From positions 37,170 through 101,169 of the forward strand of contig NMRA01000813.1 of the NCBI GenBank assembly GCA_002633005.1: DNA of 64,000 nucleotides, read 5' to 3'. The notes under the pieces are model-generated. The model saw only the letters and a list, made by a program, of their open reading frames with translations. It was not told the DNA's origin and did not search any database. Both the position numbers and the translations under genes were made by a program. The DNA comes from Phoronis australis (taxonomy: Eukaryota > Animalia > Phoronida). This document shows positions 12,294 to 26,730 of the stretch, one piece after another. Position 1 is the first letter of the stretch; the number at the start of each line of letters is the position of its first letter.

Positions 12294-15200
12294 AATCAAA
12301 AAAGTGAAGAAGTGAAAATTTCAACATTTTCATACTGAAACTTGCGCAACAATCAATTTTTAACAAAAATTCACATAATTTCAAATCTTATAAACTTACG
12401 TTTTAAACAACCACCACCAAAAATCCTCATTTGGTGCAAAAATTAAACACAATTAATTCTAGAAAAAAATCTGTGTCTGAAATCCAGAAGGCTTAAGAGT
12501 ATTGTTTAAAAAAAAATTGTTCAGTTCGTAACAATTCGCTTTACTCAATTGTTTACACAAATGGCTCACAATTCACATTGTGTTTTCATTTCTTCCTGAC
12601 GTGTTGAACATGACCACACAGATTCCACTTGAAATTCTGAAAATTTCCCAATTGTTCCCACAGTTGTTGTTGACTTAGATAAATGTCATGGAACACTTTT
12701 TGTGACAACAACGGAAGTTTTTTATGTCAATGGTGTCTATTTTAGAACCTAGACTGGCAATGGTTTTTATCGTACTTAAACACAAGCAGTCACAGCCCTG
12801 CCAATCAATGTCAACCTGCGTCGATTTCCAGAAAAAATCGAAGCATTGGGTCCACCTGGAGGGACGACTAGGAACTAGCAACAACGCTGACCATGAATTA
12901 GTTAACACGAAATGATATCAAAAACAGATGAGCTGGTGCGTAATTTTAAAAATTCTATTTTCAATCCTTTCATTGATCGATTTAAATTTGAAATTTAATC
13001 TCAAAAACAAGTTTGTATTCAAACACACACGTCACTAAGTAATCATAGCTCTAATAATAGTCACTGCTAGATTTCAGAGAACAATAATTGTCAAAGTAAT
13101 ACAAAAAGCTCCCCAAGCTTTAAATTTTCGAGCGTTAAAGAAAGCCACTAATACTCATATTACAGAAAAAAGAGCCCAAAACCACAGAAATATGCAGTAA
13201 ATACTACGGTAAATGGCTGAAATTCAATCCTCCTGACAAAGGCAGAGGCGCAAAAATCATTTCATAAGTCACGCGATACCGCAGCTCTATCATGATTTAA
13301 ATAGGATAGTGTAATGTATCAATTCAAACTCCCCTACTTTATTGTGCGCAGTAGGTGTCCAATGCTCGGCTGTACCTGGTCGTGTCAAACACGATTTTCA
13401 AGTATTATCAGTCACATACCAGAGACCTTGTACCAACAGGAAAATATGCAGATGAGTAGCTACCAGGCATTCTGTTTGACAAGTCTGTGCTTGAGTGCAT
13501 AACTCGCACTATTCAACAGTTGGAGTACCTTCAAATGTCCACCCTCTATAACCGCAACTTGTCATAACAACTTTTGGAAACAAAAAACAACAAAAAATAG
13601 CGGAGTCTCGTATTTAGCATTTACCAAAAGCCAAAAATTATGCAATTTTTCCTTCATCTATTCAAACATGGCAATCCACCATGTTGGACATCTTTGCAAT
13701 ATTTTTGGGAATCTTCAGCCATGTGTCAAAAGCTTTTGAGCCATGTTTGAAAGTACATAGCACCTTCAGCTTTAAAGACAAATGATTGGGAATGCGTAAT
13801 GGTACCTTTTTACCATTTTGAATTAAAAATGATTGCGACACAGCCAGCAAGTGAAAATAATGGGTAACTCTAATCTGCATGCAAAGAGATGTTTTTGTGA
13901 ATAAACACAATGGAAGATTAGGACGAGGAAACACCGAGGAAACACGACAATTTGCACCATGTTTAAACTTTTGCTCACTGAGACCACTCTAATTGTTTTG
14001 TCAAAGATTCTCGTTGCAAATGATAAGATTTCATCGCTGAGTACTGTACACTAACAACTAAAATTACTGAAGGATTTTTGGAAGAAAAAAATGCTTTCTC
14101 AAGCGTGATATTCTTCCGACAATTTTCAGTACTTCAAAATTGAAATGAAGCAACCACCATAAATTAATTTTCACCTCCGCATTTCATTTCTTAGAATCCG
14201 ATGAATCAGCACAGAGCACGGGATTCTTGCCTAATTTCACACCACCAGCAGGGTACCAATAGATCATCCACTCATAGTTAACCCACATATGCCACCCTGA
14301 AATTAGTTCAAGTGGTCATGGGTGAGTGACCATTACACAATACCAGCAGAAACCATTGACGCCTCCCTTGCAGCCACCACCAACAGGCATACCAGGTTCT
14401 GGAACCAGGACATTGAATGGTGTCCCGAGTTTTAGTAAAAAGTAATGGGTAAGGAGAATTTTCCAGTGAACTCTTCGTGGTTTAGTCTTTCCATTTGGGA
14501 CATGTTAGTTTTTCAAGAAAAAAGGCAATTCCCATTAATTATTAAGGCAAAATCGGAATTTCTGGCACAATCAATTTGCTGTAGAATCTTACAAGCTTTG
14601 AACAAAAATTGTTGTCAAAATTGTCTTTTTTATTTTCAAGGGCTTCAAACATTTCTGTGGATGCCCATATTTTTTCAAAATATTATCTACGGAAACCCTG
14701 TATGGTCTAGAATTTGAACATGATATGCAATGACGCACATCTTTCACAGAAAACAGGCAGAAAATAAATTTCACTTGTCTACCACAGTGCTTCTTAAATT
14801 AAACAGATATCACCACATTTCTTCGGAACATTATAGTCTCTCTAGCTTCAACATTCACAACAATTTCATATCGCAATTTCTAAAAGATCTGAAGTGTCAG
14901 CCTAACAGGCTTCATGTTCACAGTAAGAACATGACCTTCAGTTGTCAGATTCAAGGCCTTTCATGCAGACCCTGACCTCCCCCCCCCCCGTCCCCACCCC
15001 CTCCCGGGCTTGAAAAAACATCAATGATGGTGCCCGGTTGGGTTCTAATTACTTTCTCCATTCAGAAAGAAACCATGGTTAAATTTTCAGAACACAAGGG
15101 GTATTTAGCACAGACTTGAAAATATAAACATATTGAGTTTGGAACAACTGCCCAACCAATTTATAGTTTTGATTATCAGGCACAGATGGCAAGATTTTCG

Positions 15201-16064
15201 ACTGGTTTCACCACAAGGTGAAATGCACATATTAATCCAAACAAAATGTATGTGAAAAAAGACCTTACAAAAATTGTTTCCAAGCTTTTTAATACCAAAA
15301 TTGTAAACAATATAAAGGCACAGATAAAAGCAGGCCAACAAATCAGCTATTCTGTTAAATACAACAAAATAATTTTGGAAACGGGGAAAACCTCTTTGTT
15401 CAATCTATGCAAATGCGATTCACATTAATTTTCTTAAAATAACGAGATTACAAGCGACTCAGGCAGATCAATACTCCTGAAGACAGCCACTGTACCAGCA
15501 AGACTGCACAGTGTAAACATGCAGGTATTAAAACATATTTGATCCTCTGACAGACAGCTGGACAAAAGTACCATCTTATGTTTCACTTAAAATCAATACA
15601 CAAACCTTGATTACCATATGGACAAACAAAAACCCTCTGCTTGTTTTCATTAGCGATGACTGTCCATGGTCACTATGGATTATGAAGTTCAACCTCATGC
15701 TGACCAAGTGAAATCAATGGAGAGATAAGGTTGAATAAAATGACTTAATTACATAGTTGGCTTTGGGGCCTGCTTTGTATTAAGCAAGTCTCTGGCTCGG
15801 GGCTGTTAATTTTGGGATGAATATTCCATAATAATTAATTGAATCCAGTCAAGTTGTACAACAATGAATGCAGCTAGTCAGCTAGTACCTACCCACTGCA
15901 AGAAGGATGTGATTACCAGTCTCGTTTACTCAACTTCACGTCATACAGCCAACAAGTAATCTCATTTGAGTCAAAATCATGAACACCCATTTTGTTAAGG
16001 AAGTAATCAACTTCTGAACATTTTACATTGAGGAGCATTAAATAATTGGTAACAGTCGCTTACA

Positions 16065-16156
16065 GAGGTCCTGCATTTTGAGAATCTGAACAACGAGCAA
16101 ACTGATTCTCAAAATCTGAACAACGAGCAAACTGACTCTCAAAATCCAGGAACTCT
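16065..16156 (-). repeat. family B derivative containing a 30-bp tandem duplication
   Basis: aatctgaacaacgagcaaactga(t/c)tctcaa occurs twice. Flanks gaggtcctgcattttgagaa and ctcaaaatccagg resemble the reverse complement of the 2511 and 43770 copies. Confidence 0.7.
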
Positions 16157-17875
16157 GGAAGTGACCAATGCCAAACAACACTTCTGAACCATTTATTCTC
16201 AAACTGTGAATCTAAAATATATCAACGCAATTGATTATTCGGCATATGAGGTCATGGGCCCAAAGTACAAAAGCTACAATCAAATTTGTTGCAATGTTTC
16301 TCCTTTGTGATTTTTTTTCTAACCACCACCATCTTAGACCAGAAAATGCACTTAGATGCCGAGAGCTGCAGTCATCAACTCCCATACATTTTTGTTGTTT
16401 ATGATCCCAACAGAGCAATACTAGTTGTTGGAGAACACACACAAAACAAGAGGCCTTTTATGGCTCTGCGAAAATTGCTGAGTGGGTCTAGACAGGAAAC
16501 ACAGGGCACAAAGCAGACCTGAAAGATCTGGACACTTGGTCAACATTGACCACAATGGACAGTGGTAAGTGCAGGTCACAGTCAAGACTGGACAGAAAAA
16601 GTCAACACTAGACATGGACACAAGGACAGCGAGGGGGCTGTTTGTTCACGGAGGGCTTCAAAAGAACTCGACCCCAACTAGACGGTGTTGGTTGTGACAC
16701 AGAAACAATTTGAAAGTAGCCAGGAGGGCATATTAGACAACTATCAAGTCATGGCGTTCTCAAGTTGTCAAAGTTTCCTTTTGATACGTTTAGATCAGTT
16801 ACAAAAAGTTTGCCCCATGATACCTTATTCACAGTTCACAAGTATTTTCCTGTGACAAAACTAAATGTTCTTTCCATTACTCTGCACTTAAACAGCTGTT
16901 CAACAAGTTAACAAATTTGATCCATGTCCTGAACAACCATGAACTCGGTTCTACGGAGAATTTAATCAAAAGAAACTCACGTGGCAGGGCCCTTAGAACT
17001 TTCAAAGAAATAGTGTGACAAATGGTGCGACAAATGAATTTCCATTTAGCATACAATATGGCAGACATGTGCAATTTATTTTGCTAAACTTCTCAACAAA
17101 AACAAACGTTTTTCAAAATTGACTCCAGCTTTAGCATTAACATGAAATAAAATTATTATCCTGACTATGAAAATGGAAAATTTCCGATGACTTTGTCAAT
17201 TGCTTTTGTTCCAAATTGAAGAGATTTCCGCAATCTTCCAATCTAAAGATGACGAGAGGGATTTTTAAACCAGCATGTTATCTGTTTCCACAAACAGTAT
17301 AAGCTACAAAGCGCCTTGACACAAAATAAAAAGTCTAATTATTCCCAAGCAAATAAATGATGGAATATTACATATTTAATAACAGCTAATTGACTAAAAT
17401 TAAAAGCTGAAACAATGCCAAATAAAGACACAAAGCTTTGGAAATAGAAGCACACGAATAAGAATACCAGGAAGTATAGTTTCCTGGGTACATGACCATG
17501 TTTTCCAAACCGCCTCCAGAGGGCAGCTCTGTTAGTACACCAAGTTCTGATGGGAAGCATTAACATGCAAGTTGACAGCAGGCCATGTTTCAAAATAAAA
17601 CTCAACACCAAAATAAACAGTCAGATGAGCATGTGTAGTAATCAGACATAACGTGGAATGTAACAGATCTAATTTTACGAGAGAGTCTACAGAAGTACAA
17701 CCACTAAACTTCACCATAACTGAAAACTTCCCAAGCAGACTGAAGACCAAAGGATGAAAGTCTATATGGCGCTTTGTCTGACAAACCACGTGAAACTCGA
17801 CCATGATAAAATGGGTCCCACGCAGCCCAGCAACATCAACAGAATGACAAATTGTTGACAGTACTGTGTGTACTA

Positions 17876-18095
17876 TACAGTAATTCTCTACTTATTTCGC
17901 ACAAAACTATTCACCAAAATGGCCACTTTTTCCACTCTTCAATGGCTGACTCCTTTTTGCAACCAATGGGAACTTTAACAAATGTTGTTTTATGACAACT
18001 ACACACTGCGAATCATGCTTGTACTTTCGCGAAAATTTAACAAAAAGGAATTTCACTTGCTGGCCATATTGTATGCAAAATAGGTAAAAATTACC
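17876..18095 (+). mobile_element. family A MITE-like copy
   Basis: tacagtaattctctacttatttcgcacaaaa ... aatttcacttgctggccatattgtatgcaaaatagg; reverse-complement similarity to the 37831 and 36075 copies. Confidence 0.7.
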
Positions 18096-21000
18096 AAAAT
18101 GCTTTCCAATAACACTGGTGAAATCTATCCAACGTGTCGTGCAAGTGAAATTTTATTTTCTCATTTTTTTCCGACAAACGATACATAGAACCAAATCAAA
18201 GTTTTCCACATACCACAGCTACAGTCGGACAATATTTGAAAAAAATGCGGGCATTCACAACAATACTAGAAGCCCTGGAAAACGAAAACATGGCATTTAT
18301 TTATGTTTGAAATCAGTGAGATTTGACTGTGGTGTTGTTTGCAATTGCTTTGTTCAATTCTGACAGGGCTCGGATCACTACATGGAGTCTAAGCAGTTTG
18401 ACGATCATGTAGCTATGGTCTGATAAACTCATGTAAAACAGTTTTCAAAAAAAGAACAAAATTTTGACAGTCAACGTCACCTACTGACTTCCATCAAATG
18501 TATGGTAGCAATTATGAAAGAACTCAGGAAAGTACCACTGGGTTCTTCCTGGGAAAAAAAACCACTATGGCTGAAATTGCATGACACGTTCTTGCTTCCT
18601 AACCCAGCTATCTTCTAATTGATGGAAATGACAATAGTTACCTGCCAGTTTCACTTTCAAGCAATACCAGTCACTATTACATCGAAAAAATAAAAAAATA
18701 ATCATTATTCACCAATCTGTCTAGAATAGCAGAAAAAGCTCAATATTTAAAACATGGTTCAAGATATCCAAAACACAGCTGGGAACTTTTTAAATATGGT
18801 GCACATCATAGAAAGACCGCAGCACCAGTGACATATTTTTTTCAAGAGGAAAAATTTTGACAACAAGAGCTCAGAAACATTTGACGCAACAACTTTGAGC
18901 CCAAGACAAAAACTCAAAAAGCTGCAAAGTCTGAATTTTGATTTGAATGTCAGGTCTGGGGATAGGTTTTAGCTTTGGTATGGTTTCCCCGCCACTTCAA
19001 AAGTCTTCAGAGATGGTGCTATGTGTGTGCATTTTGCATTCTACAATCAAACTAAAAAGTAAGTCAACAACATACCATTTGTAAGATCAACACGCCTTAG
19101 GTAACAATGTTATGAACTTTTTCGGTTCATCAAGCACCACATTAAAATCCAATCTTAAATAATCAAATTTCACACCCAGTTCAAAAACAGCCGCGTGCAA
19201 GATATTGACTCTTGCCTATCATTAGCTTACAAATCTCCGGCAAATATTTGACCAGTGTTTTATTTCTGTTAAGTAGAGACGAAGGATCCAAACAAATTCA
19301 GAAGTTCAAACCATTCGTTAAAATTAGCTATCTTGAATTAATATCAGACAAATTTCCTTCCTGTTACCATGGGAACAGAATGGAAACAAAGCACCTGTAA
19401 TGAAAATAAAAGACTACTGCTTTAAATTAACTGAAAAGTAAATTGTGTAATGCCATACAAGCAAATTAATGACATGTCAATAAACAGAACATGACAGATA
19501 ATTTACCAAGATATGTGGCACTTCAAGTGCTAGGCACATGATAGTTGATAATCACTTCATCATCAACGGTACAGGCACTTTTAGCATCCCAGGTCACTAC
19601 GTTGTCGAGAATAGACTTAGGCTGTTCTCATCCGGGTATAACATCCACCAGTGAAATTTTTAGGGTTGCACTTTTGCATAAACATTGCTCCGCTAACGCC
19701 CATCCCCCCTCCCGATATGTACAACAGAGACTCTCTTGAAAGTGCTTGTGTTTTTGTGATCACCCATCCCTGGCAAACTTTAACTCCCAAATCTCAACCT
19801 GTGCCTATTAGTACAACTTAGTGCAGATAAGTTTGAAACCAGAGTGAACCATGCTTTGAGAGCATGCATGCTTTGTTATCCTACTGGTGATCACTGAGAG
19901 GTTACCCTATGGCCCAGCCATCAAGAAAGATACAGTTAGGCAGAAAACATGCGTTTTGACATACTACTGTTACAGTGGCAATAGTCTAGGAAAGGCATTT
20001 GTTGACAACAGCTCGATTTTGCCAAAAAAGAGTCCATCTACAGTTTCAGATGTTCTTTTTAAAACACCTCAAAATGAAATCTGAATCCCGTCAAAGTGCA
20101 CATGGCATTCAAAACATGCGTGATTAATTTAAGGATATTAAAAAAAGAAAATGCAACTGCCACTGTCATGGACAGCGAATTTATGGTAAACAGGGTTATT
20201 GCATGAAAACTTTATTCACTTATGAAAAATTGTACTTTACACCGTATCAACGAGTGCCTTAACTGTTTTTGTCTAGTCCAGAAATAAAATGAACTACCGT
20301 AATTTCGCTGTGAATCCCATATCTACAAAATGTAACATTTTGACAAGCAAACTGTGCTGGACTTGGTCACTTAATTGAATGCAGAACATGAAAAAGTACG
20401 ACTTTATAATGGAGATTAAAATGTCAATTAAATTGACAACATCCATACAATCAGACAACACTGAATAACTCCAGTCTTGATCCTGTCAGGATAATATTAA
20501 TGAATTCTACTCAACGACATATTTTCTGGTACATAAACCAACCTTTCCTCGTCTTCATCATCAGAAAGTAATGAAAATAGTTTTTATTGCACGGTAAGAT
20601 TTACGCTTAATTACACGTCCCAGTAATTTTAAGAGTGTCTCGAAGCTCCATTTTCAATAAGAAAAAAGAGTTGAGGCTACAAAAAATACAAGCAGTGAAA
20701 ACAAATTATGCACAAATTAAGTGTGACATATACATTTGGAAAGAAGGATGGAGCGCAGCAACCCCTGGGGTACATGGAAAATGGTGTCAGAGCATGTCAT
20801 TTTATCTCAGAACATTCTTGTTCAACGCTGCCAGCCTCTATAGTACATGTTGAATTATTCCAGTACTACCATAGACCACAAATGAGCACCAAGCCACTAT
20901 CAGTCAAATCACCATTAAAACAATTAATTCGAATCGCCCAAGCATGGCGCTAATAAAACTCATAACTTGCGCTAATTTTTTAGTAGACACTGAGACGACC

Positions 21001-21865
21001 AGACAGACAGAAGTGTGTCTCTTGATTAAATGAGAACAGAGCCTCAAGACTTCGACATATGATACGAACGAGGCTGTAAAAGGCGAGATTTTTTATCGCA
21101 AGATAATCATACTAGATTACAGTGACCACACGGAATTCAATGATTTTACCACGTCAAGCACTTTAACATGGATATCAATTGGCAGGATGTCCACAAGCTT
21201 TTCTGACCACCCCTTAGACCATTTACCGGAGGTTTACCACACTCATTTGGGTTGAGGTCCATAATCAGTTTAATGTCCAGAGGCAAAACTTCAAAATTTT
21301 AGCTTTTAAATGTCCATGGTGAGTTTAACATCAAAAAAACGCAATTTATACCAATGAGTCTAGCTGAAAGCACCAGTGTCTTTGTGAACGAAAGTCTATC
21401 ATGAATTTTAGCTCCCAAAACATGAAACTCGCTAAACTTTGAGAAGTGAACCATCCTGCTGCCTGTAATCAAATACGGTAAAATTTCGCTAATTTAAGAC
21501 ACGATATAAAAGACAAGTAAATTTCAGTTTTAGTTTTCTTTTCATAAAAGACAAGTAGCAAAATTAAAACGCTTATCCAGTCTGAACTTGTATGTCAGGA
21601 CCATTGAGACGTTTTGAAAAAATGTGGGCAATCGCAGTAATGTAAGAGGCCTTTGGAAAATGAAAAACGAAAAGTTTGGAAATCATATTTCATTGAAAAT
21701 TTTCTTGTTTTATTTGACTCTTGCACAAAAGTCCACGCTTTTAGCTGAACTGAACGATAGCATTATTGACTGACTTCTTAAAAATATTGTTTTTAAACAT
21801 TCATTCTTGGCTTAACGCCAACACCTAATTTTTATTTTCCCAATTGAAGTGGCATAACCATTTAC

Positions 21866-21989
21866 CTGGATAAGCGCAGACGAAGGAGTTCAAAGATTGC
21901 AGCCTTCACCTATCTACGACGTCATACGACTTCCAGAGAACAGAACGGTGAGAAACCTGAATGTCCCACCGTCAAACGTTGACAAAGGA
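21866..21989 (-). other. 124-nt candidate exon (likely 5'UTR)
   Basis: Acceptor ctctctatag| and donor CCAG|gtaaat; locally CpG-rich relative to the flanks. Confidence 0.45.
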
Positions 21990-22350
21990 CTATAGAGAGT
22001 AGTCCGTAACGTAAGAAGTCACAACATTTTGTCTGAGTAAATTGATTCTACTTATACCAAGCACAGTATTACTATAGGACACATTCTTTGACTTCTGGCA
22101 ATGAGTTATTGCCAATGTCAAATAGAAAAATACCCGAGTACATTTGAGAAGTGGGTAAAGGACAATGGACCCTTCAAGCCTCAAATGTATGGGTCAAATT
22201 CAAGAACAATGGGGCCAGCAACCTGCATTTTCAAAAAGTTGAGGTTCCCATTTCTTTTATTGCTCCAAAGATTCTTCAACCAAAAGCAAAAGACACTCAA
22301 AAGTTTTTACTAGGAAGCAAAAATCATATCAGTTTTTGGCCACAATAAGA

Positions 22351-22557
22351 TTAAAAACCGGACGATCGCCGCACAAATAAAAAAGTTCATGTTCAATTCA
22401 ACGTTTCGTCTTTTCATTACACATCATCAGGATCATATTTACAACAATTTAGGACAAGTAACATCCACAGAGTGAAGTGAGAGATGTGTAATGAAAAGAC
22501 GAAGCGTTGAATTGAACATGAACTTTTTTATTTGTGCGGTGATCATCCGGTTTTTAA
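22351..22557. mobile_element. foldback/MITE: 75-bp inverted repeat arms with 57-bp spacer, bounded by TTAA
   Basis: 22351-22425 is the reverse complement of 22483-22557 with 3 mismatches; both outer ends read TTAA. Confidence 0.85.
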
Positions 22558-22610
22558 GCAAAAATTGCACCTAATGTATCCTACCTCTTAGATCAATGGG
22601 AACTCGAAAT

Positions 22611-22625
22611 CCACTAGGTGGCACT
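22611..22625 (+). promoter_or_regulatory. CTCF-like motif
   Basis: CCACTAGGTGGCACT matches the CTCF core consensus CCASYAGRKGGCRS; motif match only. Confidence 0.5.
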
Positions 22626-24976
22626 AGTGTATCAAGGGTCCTACCCAAGGAAATGCATGTCTTCAGTGAGTCATGTGGGACCCTTAGCCCACAAACACCC
22701 CATGTTGATGACCTGCTTTCTTTACTCAAAAAGTCTTCCCTTTGTAACCACCACTTAGTGAGCATGGGTGAAAGTAGATATTATCAAGTGTGTAAATTTA
22801 GTGCGAAAACCACAAGCTGTACCCAATGAACTGCTATCTAATTTGCATATTAACCTCTATTATCAACTTTTACCATTTTCTTAGCTACTTGTCTCGGCAG
22901 CTTGAAATAAAAAACAAGCCTCAAAACCATCACTTTGATATGGGAGATTTATGTCTAGGAAGGTGTAATGTCGAGTTTCATGTTTTGAACAAAATAATAG
23001 ACCTATCAATGTCTGTATGGCAAGGGTGATCCCTTTGTGTTCATACCCATTCACCTCACAAAAAAAAACTTCCTGGAAATTACTAGCGAGATATCACCTC
23101 ACTGACAGCCTATTCATAACAAACCCAATAGCTTACAAAACAAATAGCAGAGTTTACTTTAAGAGAAATCTCATCCAGGCAAACTGTCTACATTCACATT
23201 AAAATCTGAGATAATGGGGACAGTGAACCACTAAGCTCCCTGTAAAACAACCAATCACTCTGTAAGTATGTGTAAAACTTCCAATCGAGTTTGCTGTCAT
23301 TATCAATTTCCTAAACGCTACTTCATTACCGTCCAGTGACGAAATTGTTTTTTACTCGACTGCACTTTTCTCAACTGGTGCCCAGAAAGTCATTTCGAGA
23401 AACAAAATCTCACTCCGCCTACCCAAGAAACCACACACATACACTCAGCCACCATAGGTACAACGGTAGTTCTAGGAAATATTTTAATATAAAATCACAT
23501 GGAATCAATGGGACAGGTACTTAAGACATAATGCAAAATCGTGTTTATTCTCCAGTAGAAAAACACAGTAGCAGAACTGAAGAATAGCTTGTCCATGTCA
23601 GTTGTCAGGTTAATTCCATCAACAAATACCGCCACAGATTAAGTGCCTTCAAGTGTGATTGAAAATTTTATCCTCCGGTCACAAGCGGACTTGTTGTCCA
23701 AATTGGTCCAAGCAGATGCATTATTTATCTAGTCAATTTCATTAGCTAGAGCACACAAAGCATGCTGGGTAAACGATTTAGCAGCTTCTTGTGTTACAGC
23801 TAAGAGTGCAATGGCATTTGGACCTGAGTAATTAGCAAGGAATTAGAGAAATTCATCAGTTATGAGATATTACAGCTGAGGCGAGTAAATATACTAAATA
23901 GAGTGTATTCTGTCCCGCTTCTCAATGGGAAATAGTATTGGTATCAATAAGGGGTTCCAAAATTTTGATAAAAATTCAACAATTCAAAATTAGAACATTT
24001 CAAAGCCATTAATTTCCGTAAAAGCAAATTTCCCTTACAAATCGTGACGAGCAAACTGGCCAACATTTTCCTTTCCTCGTGAAAAACTTTAGTACGATCA
24101 TGCCTCATTTACACGAACTATTGTAGGTCTACTGTTATGAACAGCGTTTTTCCTCATATCAGACAAAAAGATGCACCGTCTATGGAAAAGCCGCTTCTGT
24201 TTTAACAAACCTGAACTGCGAAGGGCAGTTTCTCACAACTAGTTAGCTTTCACAAACAAAACTTATCAAGCTATCCCCCCCTTCCTAGAAAGATATAAAA
24301 TATTTATTTTCTTTAACAGTTATGGTGGGCGTATACTCCAAAACAAGGCATACATTAAATTTCTTACTGTAGACTAGAGTTCAACCTACTGCTTAGAGAT
24401 GCGGAAATTCTTAAATGCAAAAACAAAATTCATATCGCAGTAGAGACAAGTGTACCTCTGAACTATGTTCTCTTCTCAGACAAGAGTCGCTTAGAGACTA
24501 TTAACACAGAATCAAAATTCTTCAAAAAAAACATTTGCCAGGTCGAATAACATCAATTTCATGGTGAACCGTTTGTCAGGACACAGGAACTCCGATAAGG
24601 CCATTCTTAATGGTGGTTTAAAAGCATTGATGACCTGTCTCTCAGTTTAATTAAAAAGAGTCAGGTTTTTCTGAGTCAGTAAATTGTAAGGAGAGGAATG
24701 TGGGAAAAAATGTCCATCTGCTATCAAAGCAGCTGCGATAGAAATGGACACTGGGCGTATAAGCACTGGATTTAAATCGATCCGACTTCTCGCGCAACTG
24801 AAGATATAGTCGTGCAACGTATCCACCCGAGACAATACCCTAGAGGGAAACACCCAACTCAAGAAGAAATAATAGTTAAACCCACGAAAGGTGACGTCTG
24901 AGCGGCAAAAACCCACCCGAGACGACGCAGAAGACAGAAAAAAATGCATGAAATATGTGGAGAGTAAAACACGCAC

Positions 24977-25118
24977 CTGAGCAAAAGTGCCATCCCAGAA
25001 TGATCTCCGAGATGAAACAATACACAAGCACCAATGAGAGCACAAGACCTCCTTTTTGGAAAAAAGACGCATAAACTGCACTGGTTGATACCACGCCAAC
25101 TTGACCATCGACCATTTT
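24977..25118 (-). other. candidate alternative first exon in a local CpG-retaining patch (5' end approximate)
   Basis: Donor CAG|gtgcgt at 24977/24976. CpG-rich patch at ~24750-25110. aaaatggtcg at the 5' end resembles a YY1-type motif. Confidence 0.4.
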
Positions 25119-26629
25119 AAGAGGTGAGATTCAAGATGTGACTTAGGTCCACAAATATCAATTCATTTGATTATAAATTATTGTACCCCGCTATGTGACA
25201 TGTCGGCAGGGGCGTTACTATAGCAACTGAGCAAAAACATTTGAGACATTAGTAATCTCCCACTGGTGTTCTTTCACTCTCATCCCCTTGCATGATATTA
25301 CACAGAGTTCAAAGAACACACTAAAAGTGCGATGACAACAAATTTGCATTGCTATGGAAACTTGCTATTTTGATAACAGTTAAAGCTGTACTTCCCCTTC
25401 TTCAGCTGGGTAAAACATGCAAATCGAATTACGCCATTGAATCTCGTAAAATCTTCTCATATTTCTTGCCGTGATGGGATTCTATTTTTCCGACAAGAAC
25501 ATTGGTAACGGAAATAGAATCCCATCAGTATAAAAAACATTATGAAACCTTTTTTATTAGCATAAAAGACATTGGATTTTCACTGTTTTGCCACCTAAAC
25601 AAGGCGACGTGTACCTTTACCAAAATGTCTAATGAATTTGTATGGCATATCAATTATGGAAATTATTTCCCCTGTCCACTTTCTCTCCAGAGATGCAGCG
25701 AGCACAACAGGATTTGAAACCCGAGTCTTCTAACCACATTTCTGTTAGTTGGTCAAGAGTTCTGAGGACAGACTGAAATAACACACACTTGACCAAGCAA
25801 TGGAATTCCCTGAACACCAACCTGTGTCACATCCAATAGCTGCATAAGTCATTCTGCCTTAAGTTAAGTGAAGTGTTTTTGCCGAAACTGCAACAGGGTA
25901 AGAACTGACACCATACTGACACCATGCAACATGAACGGTGTCTGCAGCCATTTTGACGGCATACTCAGTGGCGAAAGGGTTCCATCAAAACACTTACAAC
26001 GTGGGCATTGTCACAAAGCATGTCTCCTAATACTCATTTTGCAATATGGCCATGACACAATGAAATGCTTTCTATGGCAATGGCCAGTGCTTACTGAACA
26101 ATGTTCTGAAGCGCCATCTACGGCCCACTACTGTAATTTCTACAAAGATTCAAGGCATTGGGATTTCACAGCATTTTTTATATTCTTTGTGATCACCATG
26201 CAGTCGAAATACCCTTAACAATGCTGAGAGATATTTGAACAATACAACCAAAAAGTCTCACAAAATATCCACAAAGGAGAAGAAACTGCACTTTTCTTTG
26301 ACAACTCAGAGCATTTTGGTCACCAGAACTTTAAACTGGGTCAAACTCAAGTGCCTGGCATGTCTTACAATACCAAAGAGCAGATTTGCAAAAGAAATAG
26401 AGCTGTTTACTTAGGCTTGGACAGGAGCTAAATTATCATTCAATGGAAAGTTGACATCATGAAACAAATTATCTGCTGCAACTAGCACTGGTGCAAAACA
26501 AATGACAAATTCATAGAAGTGGAAGGTGGCATAAGTAACATATTACCATTGTGTATATAAATAGATTTAATTTGTTGTTGTCATCTGACCTCCCCCCCCC
26601 CCNCCCCCAAGTAGTGCACCAAAGGCCTG

Positions 26630-26730
26630 TCAAGGTTATTTAGGACCCTAGAAAAATGTCCAAATTTGGCTAACTTCGGAACAATTGCTAACTCAAGAAT
26701 GGCTTGATTGGATTTGTATGAAACTTTTAG
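26630..26730 (-). mobile_element. terminal fragment of dispersed repeat, family C
   Basis: The reverse complement (aatccaatcaagccatt...gttccgaagttagccaaatttggacatttttctagggtccta) matches 47975-48071 and 46105-46165. Confidence 0.7.

Noticed and set aside
14976-15003. C-runs here and at ~26590, and G-runs at ~31210, as G-quadruplexes
   Set aside because: Simple homopolymer tracts with no supporting context.
16083-16142. CRISPR-like direct repeats (also 1645-1724)
   Set aside because: Two adjacent copies with no spacers, in a eukaryotic context; simple tandem duplications.
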